In this document: positions 1 through 8,447 of the stretch, piece after piece
Layout of the letters: each line of letters opens with the position of its first letter
How positions within the stretch are numbered: the stretch's first letter is position 1
From: Patescibacteria group bacterium
Lineage (GTDB): Bacteria > Patescibacteriota > Patescibacteriia > Patescibacteriales > JBAZCA01
NCBI GenBank assembly: GCA_041661505.1
Contig: JBAZUF010000005.1
Location: 3,532 to 67,531, forward strand
Direction of reading: 5' to 3'
Length of the DNA: 64,000 nt
Notes under the pieces: model-generated
What the model was told of the DNA's origin: nothing
What the model saw: only the letters and a program-made list of their open reading frames with translations
Databases searched by the model: none
Program-made: the position numbers and the translations under genes

Positions 1-397
1 GGTAATAGTAATCGGCTCCGGGATTTAAGCCGGACAAAAGGGCGCGATGGGCATTTTTTAGTTCCGGATTTTCGATTACGCCGTTTTTTAATTCCTGGTC
101 GTCTCCCCATTTTAAGGCGCATCTTACCGGCTTGTTGGCGCTCCAATTTATCACCGCTTCATCGGTTCCGGTCCGGACATAAGGCGCGCTTAATTCTATA
201 TCGCCAAAAAATTCCGGGAGGATTATCGGCTGGGGAGTTGGCGTCGGTTCTGGTTCTTCCGTCTCTTCATGTTCTTCTACCGTCAAAAATACGCTCGACT
301 CGCCCTGCGACTGGGCCGACAAAGCCACCTCGGCCGGTCCGGCCAATAAAACGGCCAGTAAAATTATAATTGCGATTTTGGCGGTTCTTCTTTGCAT
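1..397 (-). CDS. secreted protein, N-terminal part only (signal peptide, acidic/Pro linker, FN3- or purple-acid-phosphatase-N-like beta-sandwich); 3' end lies outside the window
   Basis: Absent from the ORF track because no stop lies in the window. The ATG at 397-395 sits 3 nt after the TAA of the upstream gene. My hand translation stays open to the window edge: MQRRTAKIAIIILLAVLLAGPAEVALSAQSQGESSVFLTVEEHEETEEPEPTPTPQPIILPEFFGDIELSAPYVRTGTDEAVINWSANKPVRCALKWGDDQELKNGVIENPELKNAHRALLSGLNPGADYYY. It has a hydrophobic signal region and an ..INW...KWG....L.GL.PG..Y.Y pattern typical of FN3-like domains. Confidence 0.6.
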   Translation of the reverse strand, partial: MQRRTAKIAIIILLAVLLAGPAEVALSAQSQGESSVFLTVEEHEETEEPEPTPTPQPIILPEFFGDIELSAPYVRTGTDEAVINWSANKPVRCALKWGDDQELKNGVIENPELKNAHRALLSGLNPGADYYY

Positions 398-400
398 ACT

Positions 401-1174
401 TTAATTTGTTGCCGCGGTAACAACTACTTTGGCGCTATAAGTTCCGGACGGCTGGAGAGTTTTTATCTCGGCCTTGAAATTAATTTTGGTATCTTCCCCG
501 GCTATATCGGTCATGCTGGTCTTATAGGCGATAGTCTCGGGAGTAAGCGACAGGTTATACCAGCAAGCGCCGTCGGTTATGGTTTGGCCGGCACTGCAGG
601 CCGAGGTATCGTTTTTAAACTTGGCCGCCTGGCTCAAAGCATTGTAGGGCGAATAGCCGAATTCATTTGAAAGGCCAACAACGCTCCAGGCATAATCAGG
701 CTTGTTATCTGCCGCCGGCGTATAGTTGGCAATTGAGGCGGTGGCCGAGTTCATCGCCGGATTGAGATTAGTCTTAACGGTAAGCGTGTAGCCGGAAGCC
801 GAGTCGGTTTTTACTTTCCAGGTTCCGCTGCCGGCCGCTGTTCCGCCGGTTAAACCGCCTAAAGACGGGCTCAAAGAGATGTCGGTGGAAACCGTGAGAG
901 ACAAATAAGTCTCATCCATCTGCCTATACCCGGCTTTGATATTAAATTGGGCGCTTTGCGATTCTCCGGTGCCGGCTTCCCCGACCGTATCCATAAGGCC
1001 GTAATTATCGGACGAGCTTTGGTCCAATCCGCCGGAATTTATTGAGTCTTTTTCCAGGCGGTAGTTGGAGCTGGACATGACAAAAGCATTGGCCTTAAAC
1101 GCAAAAAGTATTGGGGTGATTGCCAATACCGCGATTAATAAGCTGGTGCGCTTAACTCCTTTTTTTAATTTCAT
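401..1174 (-). CDS. secreted beta-rich surface protein, paralogue 1 (function unknown)
   Basis: Signal peptide MKLKKGVKRTSLLIAVLAITPILFAFKANA and an S/T/G-rich mature part. It shares motifs with the 2239..2886 product: SGTWKVKTDSASGYTLTVKT vs SGTFNVNTSDANGYTLSFKA, YAWSV..EFGY vs ESWSV..EFGF, and C-terminal PSGTYSAKVVVTAATN vs PSGTYNATIVGTASTQ. Confidence 0.8.
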   Translation of the reverse strand: MKLKKGVKRTSLLIAVLAITPILFAFKANAFVMSSSNYRLEKDSINSGGLDQSSSDNYGLMDTVGEAGTGESQSAQFNIKAGYRQMDETYLSLTVSTDISLSPSLGGLTGGTAAGSGTWKVKTDSASGYTLTVKTNLNPAMNSATASIANYTPAADNKPDYAWSVVGLSNEFGYSPYNALSQAAKFKNDTSACSAGQTITDGACWYNLSLTPETIAYKTSMTDIAGEDTKINFKAEIKTLQPSGTYSAKVVVTAATN

Positions 1175-1271
1175 AGATAATCACTTCCATTTCTAATTTT
1201 CTCTTTAAACTTTTTTTCCTCCTCGCTTCTAATGATTTTTCTGGCATTTTTTTACCCTTCTTCCCTCTTGC

Positions 1272-2228
1272 CTATTTTTTTCTTTTAAGCTCAAACCGGC
1301 TGGCAAACCACCAGATAACAAAGGCCAAAAACGCGATGGCTAAAAGGCCGGCGGCTATAACCTTAACCGGAATGACCCAGAAGCTAGTCTTTTGTTCGTC
1401 CACTAAATTTCCGTATCCGCGGTTTAAGCTTAAGACGGCGGTATATCTTCCAAAGGCCAAGCCCTTATCCCAGGAAATAACTTTTTCGCGGGTAAAGCCG
1501 GGCATAACGAACCAAGGCTGGATTTCGATGGCGTCGACCTTTTTTCCCAAAATGTTTTTTATCTCGATTTGAGCGTAAGGGTTTAGATGGACACTGCCTT
1601 TATTTTCGTAAACTACGGAAAAGTTAACCGGCGATTTCTGGTAGATGCTTTTCCCGGCCGTAAAAGATTTCAGGGCGCCTTCTTCTTTTACCGGGCCTTT
1701 AATGCGGACAAAAAACAAAGTAGCCAGGCGGGAAACTAGAGAAACGCTTCCCTGGGCTTCGTTCTTTGTTTCATCGGCACCCAGATTTTCCGGCTCAACC
1801 CGGAAGATCATAGCGCCGTAGCGGCCGCCCGGCTCCATGTCCGAAGGGACGCTGATTGTAACCGGAAGGGATGCCTTTTCCCCGTGGGCTAAAACGAATT
1901 CTTCTTTTTCCGGAACCAAAAGATCTTTAAGGCTATAGGGTCCGGCCTCATCTCCCAAAAGGCGGGTCGAATTTTGCGCGTCGCCGGTAAAGTCTTCCTT
2001 CTCAACGATGACTTTTAAAGCTTTTCCGCTTCGGTTGGTAACGTTTAGCGTCCGTATAGCCGTTTCGCCGGGGTCTAAAAACAATTCAACTTTTCCCGGC
2101 CCTAAAACAAAGTCGCCTTCAACCGGCATGTTTGCCAGCTGGGTGATTTCCATAGCCTGTACTCCCGCGACCGGACCGGACAAGAACACTGCTCCAAAGA
2201 TTGCGCCGACAATTAATTTTTTAATCAT
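1272..2228 (-). CDS. cell-surface protein with DUF916-like N-domain, DUF3324-like C-domain and C-terminal membrane anchor
   Basis: Signal peptide MIKKLIVGAIFGAVFLSGPVAGVQA. Motifs LFLDPGETAIRTLNVTNRSGKALKVIV and GGRYGAMIF, then a second Ig-like half (VNFSVVYENKGSVHLNPYAQIEIKN..FGRYTAVLSL). C-terminal TM VIAAGLLAIAFLAFVIWWF followed by a KRKK tail. This architecture matches my recollection of the DUF916/DUF3324 proteins of Firmicute WxL (csc) loci. I moved the start to ATG 2228 because the track start 2273 would overlap the upstream gene. Confidence 0.75.
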   Translation of the reverse strand: MIKKLIVGAIFGAVFLSGPVAGVQAMEITQLANMPVEGDFVLGPGKVELFLDPGETAIRTLNVTNRSGKALKVIVEKEDFTGDAQNSTRLLGDEAGPYSLKDLLVPEKEEFVLAHGEKASLPVTISVPSDMEPGGRYGAMIFRVEPENLGADETKNEAQGSVSLVSRLATLFFVRIKGPVKEEGALKSFTAGKSIYQKSPVNFSVVYENKGSVHLNPYAQIEIKNILGKKVDAIEIQPWFVMPGFTREKVISWDKGLAFGRYTAVLSLNRGYGNLVDEQKTSFWVIPVKVIAAGLLAIAFLAFVIWWFASRFELKRKK

Positions 2229-2238
2229 AATTTTTTTA

Positions 2239-2886
2239 TTACTGTGTGGAGGCAGTGCCGACAATCGTGGCATTATAGGTTCCTGAAGGGGCGGAAACGC
2301 TGTCGCCCTGCTCGGCCGCGACGCAAATTTCGGTATTTGATCCGGTCGGCGCGGTCGGGGTGCTTTTTGTAGCGACTCCGGCCACCGGAGTGGTTCCGTT
2401 AAACCCCATCCATTTCATGGTGCTGGAAAGCGTATCGGCTCCGGCGGTTCCGCAGGCTCCGGCCGCGCCCCAAGTTCCGGTATTAACGTCATCGCCGTAA
2501 GCGGTAAAGCCGAATTCATAAGCGGCCGCGCCCACGCTCCAGCTTTCCGGCGTCCCTTCAACTCCTTCGCCGTAGTCGGCAAAGCTGTCAACGCCGTTCC
2601 GCATAGCGGGAGTAGTTGAAGCCTTGAAGGAAAGCGTGTAGCCGTTAGCGTCCGAAGTGTTCACGTTAAAAGTTCCGCTGCCGACGGAAGAATCCTGGGA
2701 CAAGGTAACGTTCGGGGCCATAGTAATCGTCGCGTCCGGCGTTACGGCGATTTCCGACTCGACTACCAGGGTAACCGTCGTTGTTCCGATGGAGGAAGCG
2801 GCGCTGGTTATGCTTGGCTCAAGGCTCAAGTAGGAAGCGAGCGCCAGGGCGGTTAACCCAAAAAATGTTAGTAAAAATATTCTCAT
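2239..2886 (-). CDS. secreted beta-rich surface protein, paralogue 2 (function unknown)
   Basis: Paralogous to the 401..1174 product (motifs listed there). The signal peptide MRIFLLTFFGLTALALASY begins at ATG 2886. The track start 2931 adds 15 non-hydrophobic residues. Confidence 0.8.
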   Translation of the reverse strand: MRIFLLTFFGLTALALASYLSLEPSITSAASSIGTTTVTLVVESEIAVTPDATITMAPNVTLSQDSSVGSGTFNVNTSDANGYTLSFKASTTPAMRNGVDSFADYGEGVEGTPESWSVGAAAYEFGFTAYGDDVNTGTWGAAGACGTAGADTLSSTMKWMGFNGTTPVAGVATKSTPTAPTGSNTEICVAAEQGDSVSAPSGTYNATIVGTASTQ

Positions 2887-3097
2887 ATGCGTTTTGCATT
2901 TATCTTGCCGAAATCGATCGTATTCCGGCAAAACAGGTTAGTTAATTTTTCTCGACCTTTTTTCTAAAATTTAATATATAAATTATTTATTTTTTATCTT
3001 TTCAATTTTCCTCCGCGCGTCCAGTTTCTTCTTTGCATCCTTCCTTCATGCGTGCGTCCGGCATCTGCCGTCTTTGCCTTTCCGCCCTTTTGCCTAA

Positions 3098-4447
3098 TCA
3101 CTTCTTGGGCTCATCTTCAGCCACCGGAACCATCATGTACAAATAGCTGTCCCTTCCCGGCTCACCGCCAAAAACCGGCTTGATAATGCCTGACCGCCCG
3201 GAAGGGTCGGGCGATACTTCGACCGGATCGGAAAACATGGTGTCTACTTTTTGCTTTATCTCGTCCGCCTGCTCTTTGCTTTTATAGGGAACCACTACGG
3301 CGCCAGACTCCTCTTTTTTTTCTGATAATTTTTCCGGCGCCAGACTTTCTTTGAACTCAACCGGATTGATTAGTTCGAGAAAAGAAAGATAAATATTCTT
3401 TCCGCCGTTAAACGCCCAGCCGGCCAGGCGCCGATATTCGCTCCTGAAATAATCTCCGGCCTGGCAGGCTTCTTCTTCGATTTCATTTTCTTTGGCAATA
3501 AAAATTTCCGGATTCCAGAATGATTTTTTTTCGGCGAATATTTTTTCGCCGGCTACCGCTTGGCGGGCTTCTATTCCAACTGGCGGATTTTCCGGCTGGC
3601 CGAAGACTCCGTATTTAATAATTTTAGAAATTTTTATATAGGGGTAAAGGTAAGCCGGGGCCATGGCTTTTGCCAGATGGCCGGACAAAACCGGCGCCGA
3701 AGTGGCCAGGATGTAAGCCGCGTAAACCGCCAGAACGGACGCAAGGCTTAAGCGGCCGGCAAGGCTCTTAGGTAAAATTTTCAGTAAAACCGATTTTCTT
3801 TTTTTCCTGGCTTTAGACTTTACCGCCGCCTGCGCCTCCGCGCCGCCGGTTAAAATTTTTGAGGCGATCTTGTCCGACAAATCATCTAGATCAATCGCTC
3901 CGGCCGAAGCTTGTCCCGAGCCGCGAATTCCGGAAACTCCGGGCTGGTTTCCCGGAGCGCTGGCGATAGCGGACGGGACATTAAAACCAGGGGCCAATTC
4001 CCCGCCGATTCCGGCTTGAGGAAAAAGAGCTATGGCAGTTGATTTTAATACCCGGTCCTGGGAGTGGTTTTTTAAATATTCGCCAAACCATTCGCGGGTG
4101 GAAAAATAATTTCTACCGATCTTTTTAGCCTTCAGTTTTTTCCTTTGAACCAGGTTGGATAAATAAGCCAGGTTATAGGGGCCCTCTTTGGCAAACTGGC
4201 GCAAAGGCAGAAGCTCGCGGTTAATCGGTTCGACTTCCGCTTTCTCGGAAGGATCCATTCTTCCGTGCTTTTCCAGGTACTCGGAAAACCACTGGCGCGA
4301 AGAAAAATAATTCCGGCCAATCTTCTTGGCTTTGAGCTTCTTTCGCTGAACCAGGTTCGACAAATAGGCGAGCGTATAAGGCCCGTCTTTAGCGAAGCTT
4401 CTTAGGGGTAAAAGTTTTCGATTTTCGGACAATTGGCCGGCGTTCAT
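3098..4447 (-). CDS. single-pass membrane protein with two tandem N-terminal excisionase/MerR-type HTH domains
   Basis: Residues 10-61 and 77-128 are a near-identical duplication: LLPLR.FAK.GPY.LAYLSNLVQRKKLKAKKIGRNYFS.R.WF.EYL. This fits the ..A.....S...v..lv..GkL.a.KiGR.w.......eyl pattern of HTH_17-type domains. An Ala/Gly-rich linker, a KKRK stop-transfer, a TM helix (LSLASVLAVYAAYILATSAPVL) and a ~200-aa C-terminal domain follow. Confidence 0.7.
   Translation of the reverse strand: MNAGQLSENRKLLPLRSFAKDGPYTLAYLSNLVQRKKLKAKKIGRNYFSSRQWFSEYLEKHGRMDPSEKAEVEPINRELLPLRQFAKEGPYNLAYLSNLVQRKKLKAKKIGRNYFSTREWFGEYLKNHSQDRVLKSTAIALFPQAGIGGELAPGFNVPSAIASAPGNQPGVSGIRGSGQASAGAIDLDDLSDKIASKILTGGAEAQAAVKSKARKKRKSVLLKILPKSLAGRLSLASVLAVYAAYILATSAPVLSGHLAKAMAPAYLYPYIKISKIIKYGVFGQPENPPVGIEARQAVAGEKIFAEKKSFWNPEIFIAKENEIEEEACQAGDYFRSEYRRLAGWAFNGGKNIYLSFLELINPVEFKESLAPEKLSEKKEESGAVVVPYKSKEQADEIKQKVDTMFSDPVEVSPDPSGRSGIIKPVFGGEPGRDSYLYMMVPVAEDEPKK
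4064..4420 (-). repeat. intragenic tandem duplication (2 x ~156 nt, period 201 nt) encoding the two HTH domains
   Basis: The protein repeats R10-H61 and R77-H128 differ at only a few positions. The DNA copies are clearly related but carry many synonymous differences. Confidence 0.8.
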
Positions 4448-4527
4448 AATCTCTTATTTTGCTGGAGCTAAAATTAAAACCAAGACATAACCATAATCAA
4501 ACCATTCTATTACCATTTCATATCGGT

Positions 4528-4536
4528 ATTATACCA
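4528..4536 (-). promoter_or_regulatory. candidate extended -10 element (TGGTATAAT) for the twin-HTH gene
   Basis: The minus strand reads ..AAAAATATGGTATAATACCG.. about 80 nt upstream of ATG 4447 and downstream of the terminator at 4605-4644. I see no convincing -35. Confidence 0.35.
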
Positions 4537-4604
4537 TATTTTTATAAGCTCTAGAATATATTTTATGATTTATTTTTTATTCGCTCCCAGGCTTGTTTAA
4601 ATCT

Positions 4605-4644
4605 TTCCAAAACAAACAAAATCCCTTTAAACATAAGGGATTTT
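4605..4644 (-). terminator. rho-independent terminator downstream of the O-antigen-ligase-family gene
   Basis: Perfect 10-bp stem AAAATCCCTT / AAGGGATTTT (4618-4627 / 4635-4644) with a 7-nt loop. On the minus strand it is followed by TGTTTGTTTTGG. Confidence 0.6.
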
Positions 4645-4791
4645 ATTAACATTTTATTAAGAAGATTTTCTCCAGAGCGGCCAAAAAACAATAACCAGGA
4701 TTTGTATTAAGGCCGTATATTGAAAGTTATGCACAGTTATGCCCAGCTTATGAACACCATCTCACCAAAATCAAGAGCCAAACCTAAATAT

Positions 4792-6201
4792 TTATGCCTT
4801 TGTTTCAGGTAAACTTTCAGCGGCTGAAAGTTTAACCGCGAAGCCCAGGATAACCCAGGTAAAAAACATCCCAAAATGCAGGCTCCATAGCCAATGGTCA
4901 AATAGCGTTAATATTAAAAAGCAGGCAAGAATTGCCAGAATTGGTTTGGATTTTCCCCGCGCCAGGTAAAGTAGATATATCCCGATCGCAAGAGCGACAA
5001 CCAGGCCGATGAGGCCGATTTCCGCCCCTAAAAGTAAAAATGCATTATGGGCCGGCTGCCATTCGGCGCTTATGGCTAGGTCTTTACCCTTTGCCGCGCT
5101 TTTTTCGGCCGTTTTAAAGCTATAATTCACGTAATTGCCTATCCCGACTCCCAATACTGGATTATGGCGGATAATGCCCAGAGCCTCCTGATCTGAAGCC
5201 ATCCGCTCATCGCTAGACATAGCCTCCAGGCGGGTATTTCCTGCGGCCCTGGTTGCCACCAAATCCGGATATAGCCGGTAGAAGCAAAAAACCAGCACGC
5301 CCGAGACAAGTAAAATTTTAAGCAATTCCCTTTGGCGGACAAGATTCTTTGACAACACGGCTATTAACAGAAATCCGGCCAGGCCAATGCCAAAACCCAG
5401 CCAGGCGGCGCGGGAAAAGCTAAAAAACAGCCCGGAAATTATTACGAGGTATAGGGCGAGAAATATGTTTTTTAAGTACATGCCAGCTTTCTTTTCTGCG
5501 TTAGGATGATTGGCCATCCAATAGACGGCCAAAAGCCCCGCGATAGCCAGCGCTCCGCCTAAGATATTGGGGTGGTCCAGTCCGCCATAGGCTCTTAGCC
5601 AGCGCTCTGGCAGTTCCCCGGGAATATAAACTTCAATTACCGACGTACCGAGTTCTGAAGCGTTGTGCAGAGCCATTCCCAGCCATTTGCTCTGGAAGCT
5701 GGACTGGGTGACAAATTGCCACATTCCTAACCCGGCTTCAAAGGCTAACCCGGTTAAAAAGGCAGCCAAAAACTTCAGCTTATTGTAAGGGAAAAATGCC
5801 GTAACCCAAAATAAGGCCAAGCCTCCAAACAGCCAGGCTAATTTAAATAATGCCAGCCCCTTATCTTGGGCAGGAATAACCGACAAAGACGCGAATAAAA
5901 GAAGGCCGGCAATCAGGAATAAAAGAAGCTTGTTTATAACTGCCGGACGTTCATTTTTTTGAGTATCATTGCGTTTCAAAAAACCAACAACCGCAAGGAA
6001 TATGGCGAATAAAATTACTACTGCCAGGACTATATCAGAGGCATACAAAGACACAGTGCCGTATTCGGAATAACCCGTGCCGAGCACTCCCGATTTGATA
6101 ATATAGCGCGTCTGGAGAGGCAAAATAAGAAGAAAAAAATAAAAAGAAAAATTTAACCCTTTTTCAAGAAAAAAAACAATATTTTTTTTATTGTTAGCCA
6201 T
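4792..6201 (-). CDS. O-antigen ligase / O-antigen polymerase (Wzy_C) family membrane protein
   Basis: 469 aa, polytopic (about 12 hydrophobic helices). It has the family-typical ..FFSFSRAAWLGFGIGLAGFLL.. segment and a large external loop (SDERMASDQEALGIIRHNPVLGVGIGNY). Confidence 0.7.
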   Translation of the reverse strand: MANNKKNIVFFLEKGLNFSFYFFLLILPLQTRYIIKSGVLGTGYSEYGTVSLYASDIVLAVVILFAIFLAVVGFLKRNDTQKNERPAVINKLLLFLIAGLLLFASLSVIPAQDKGLALFKLAWLFGGLALFWVTAFFPYNKLKFLAAFLTGLAFEAGLGMWQFVTQSSFQSKWLGMALHNASELGTSVIEVYIPGELPERWLRAYGGLDHPNILGGALAIAGLLAVYWMANHPNAEKKAGMYLKNIFLALYLVIISGLFFSFSRAAWLGFGIGLAGFLLIAVLSKNLVRQRELLKILLVSGVLVFCFYRLYPDLVATRAAGNTRLEAMSSDERMASDQEALGIIRHNPVLGVGIGNYVNYSFKTAEKSAAKGKDLAISAEWQPAHNAFLLLGAEIGLIGLVVALAIGIYLLYLARGKSKPILAILACFLILTLFDHWLWSLHFGMFFTWVILGFAVKLSAAESLPETKA

Positions 6202-6230
6202 ATATTTAGTATTGTATTATCATCCTATTA

Positions 6231-7208
6231 TCAAATTCTATAGCCATTATTCAGCCTTTCAACCGTCCTTTTCCATTCCATCTGATAAATCCTCCGCCGG
6301 TCGTTAACGTGGAGCTTAATAAGGCTGTCGTTAGCCACCACTTCACTCCCCATATTGAGCTTCTCCCTAATTCCTAAAGGAAACATTTTTCTTTGTATTC
6401 CCCTTGAGAAGGGCTCTGCCCAAAACAGCATGCCCCCGATCAATTTTCCGATAACCATCCCGGCTAAACCAAGTTCGACTCTCCTTTCTTCGTGGAGCTC
6501 AATCGGCTGCCAATTGGGAATAGTTTTTTTTATCCAGCCGTTTGATTTTATTAATTTTAAATACGCGCCGCCCCTTTCGTAGAGCGGAACCAGTCCGGCC
6601 ATCCAGTAATAAAAATACATATCGTTTTCGATAAAATATTTATTTAAGTCCAGGCAATTTTCAGCGGCGAAAAAGCTTAAGCAAATTTTATCTTTTACGT
6701 CCTCTTTTTTCGGCCGGAGATTCAAGGCCATGGTAACGAGGTTTAATAAAAGCCGGGTAGTCCAAATCTTTCCCGGCCGGACGATTACAAAAAAATCTAT
6801 GTCGCCTTCCAGTTTAAGATTGTGGGATCCGATAATATTCCCCACCCCGGCCATCCTTATCCAGGGAACCAGCTTGAAAATCTTTATTACTTTTTTCGCT
6901 TTTTTTATTTTATCGCCGCTATGGCTAAACCGCCTAAGCCTTTCCTCAACTATCGCCTCCCGGCCGGATAGATAATAAAAGCCGTCCTTAAAATCCACGA
7001 TTTTCCTGCTGTTCAAAATTTTTGTACAATGTAAAATAGCCGATATACTGCTATAAGTCAAAAATTCGCTGCCTGCCCGCTCGGGCCAATAGAGATATTT
7101 TTTTATCTCCATTAAAGTCAAAGGGTGGTCGAATATGTCAAAAAAAGCAATCGTTTTTAAGATTGCTCCTTTTAACTCTTCCTGGATGGCTTTTTCGATT
7201 AGGTCCAT
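6231..7208 (-). CDS. hypothetical protein (possible minimal nucleotidyltransferase fold)
   Basis: 325-aa intact ORF. The only motif I recognise is GVGNIIGSHNLKLEGDIDFFVIV, which resembles the G[SG]-x(9-13)-DxD signature of pol-beta-type nucleotidyltransferases. The functional call is weak. Confidence 0.5.
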   Translation of the reverse strand: MDLIEKAIQEELKGAILKTIAFFDIFDHPLTLMEIKKYLYWPERAGSEFLTYSSISAILHCTKILNSRKIVDFKDGFYYLSGREAIVEERLRRFSHSGDKIKKAKKVIKIFKLVPWIRMAGVGNIIGSHNLKLEGDIDFFVIVRPGKIWTTRLLLNLVTMALNLRPKKEDVKDKICLSFFAAENCLDLNKYFIENDMYFYYWMAGLVPLYERGGAYLKLIKSNGWIKKTIPNWQPIELHEERRVELGLAGMVIGKLIGGMLFWAEPFSRGIQRKMFPLGIREKLNMGSEVVANDSLIKLHVNDRRRIYQMEWKRTVERLNNGYRI

Positions 7209-7305
7209 GGGTCTTATTTACGGCATAAGCTTATGCGTAATTTCCGGCTAAGTCAATACCCCCGGCTAAAATTAATCCCCGCCCGAACGCGTCTTGTTTC
7301 GCGCT

Positions 7306-8421
7306 TCATTCGTCCTTGGGTTTTTCAATCTGCACCACCTGGGCCCGGGGCTTGCCTTCGATTATTTTAGCCACGTCTTTATCGATTTTACCGAACTCGC
7401 GGTAGGCGCTGTTATAGTGGCTAACAGTTACCTTCATGCTGGCGCCGAGCTTTTTCATAAACTCCTCATAAGACAGGATATGGCGGGATAGCTTCTCAAC
7501 GTTGTGCCTTATCGTCTTGGCCGACTCTTCAATCTGCAAAGCCCGGAGCCCCTGCAATACAGTCTGCAAATAAGCCAGAAACGAGGTCGGCGATACTATT
7601 ATTACCTTCTTATCGCAAAACGCGTATTCGATCAAATCCCGGGTATTAATCTTGATCGCCCCGACTTTATTGACCAAAAGGTCGTAAAATATGGCTTCAG
7701 ACGGTATGAACATGAAAGCGAAGTCGAGCGTTTTCTCTCCCGGCTTTACGTACTTGGAGGTTTCGTCAATCCGGTCTTTTAAATCCTGCTTGAATAATTT
7801 TTCGAGCTTTTCCTTTTCTGCCGGATCACTGCAGTTTAATATTCGCTCGTAATTTTCCAAAGAAAATTTCGAATCAACCGGAATAATCTTATCGCCGACA
7901 AAAACTACCGCGTCAACAATCGACCCGTCTTTGAATTTATATTGCATTTCGTAGGAGTTGGGCGGAAGGACGTTTTTCAATGTTTCTTCCAGAAAATACT
8001 CGCCTAGCACTCCCCGCTGTTTCGGATTCTTTAGTATGTCCTGGAGGCTTTGCAATTGGGCGGAAAAATTAATTACCTGCTTATTGGTCTCATCAAGCTT
8101 GGTAAGCTTTTCCGTTACATCGGAAATCAGCTTGGCTGAATGATTGGCCATTGCCTGGGCGGTGCGCATGGTTTGGCCGAGCTGGTCCTGGGTGGAGCGG
8201 AATTGGGACTGGGTAACGCGGTGGGTTTCGGCGAGCTTGTCGTCCAAAGCCCGGCGCATATCCTTGTTCTGGTCGTTTAGCATGTTGAGGCGCTCCATCA
8301 TGGCAATCATCTTCTCGTCCATCAAACCGCCCGCCCTGTCTTTCTTTCTCATTAAAAGAAAAATTACTCCGATGATGCCGAAGCACAATAATGCCAGTAA
8401 TAAAATTATAATCCCCTCCAT
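7306..8421 (-). CDS. rmuC: DNA recombination protein RmuC
   Basis: N-terminal TM helix, a long coiled coil, then the RmuC core: QRGVLGEYFLEETL..., VDAVVF..IPVDSKF..., FAFMFIPSEAIF, VIIVSPTSFLAYL. I moved the start to ATG 8421 (MEGIIILLLALL) because the candidate promoter lies inside the longer track ORF. Confidence 0.85.
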   Translation of the reverse strand: MEGIIILLLALLCFGIIGVIFLLMRKKDRAGGLMDEKMIAMMERLNMLNDQNKDMRRALDDKLAETHRVTQSQFRSTQDQLGQTMRTAQAMANHSAKLISDVTEKLTKLDETNKQVINFSAQLQSLQDILKNPKQRGVLGEYFLEETLKNVLPPNSYEMQYKFKDGSIVDAVVFVGDKIIPVDSKFSLENYERILNCSDPAEKEKLEKLFKQDLKDRIDETSKYVKPGEKTLDFAFMFIPSEAIFYDLLVNKVGAIKINTRDLIEYAFCDKKVIIVSPTSFLAYLQTVLQGLRALQIEESAKTIRHNVEKLSRHILSYEEFMKKLGASMKVTVSHYNSAYREFGKIDKDVAKIIEGKPRAQVVQIEKPKDE

Positions 8422-8447
8422 AGAAAATAAGTAATAATAACAAAGGT

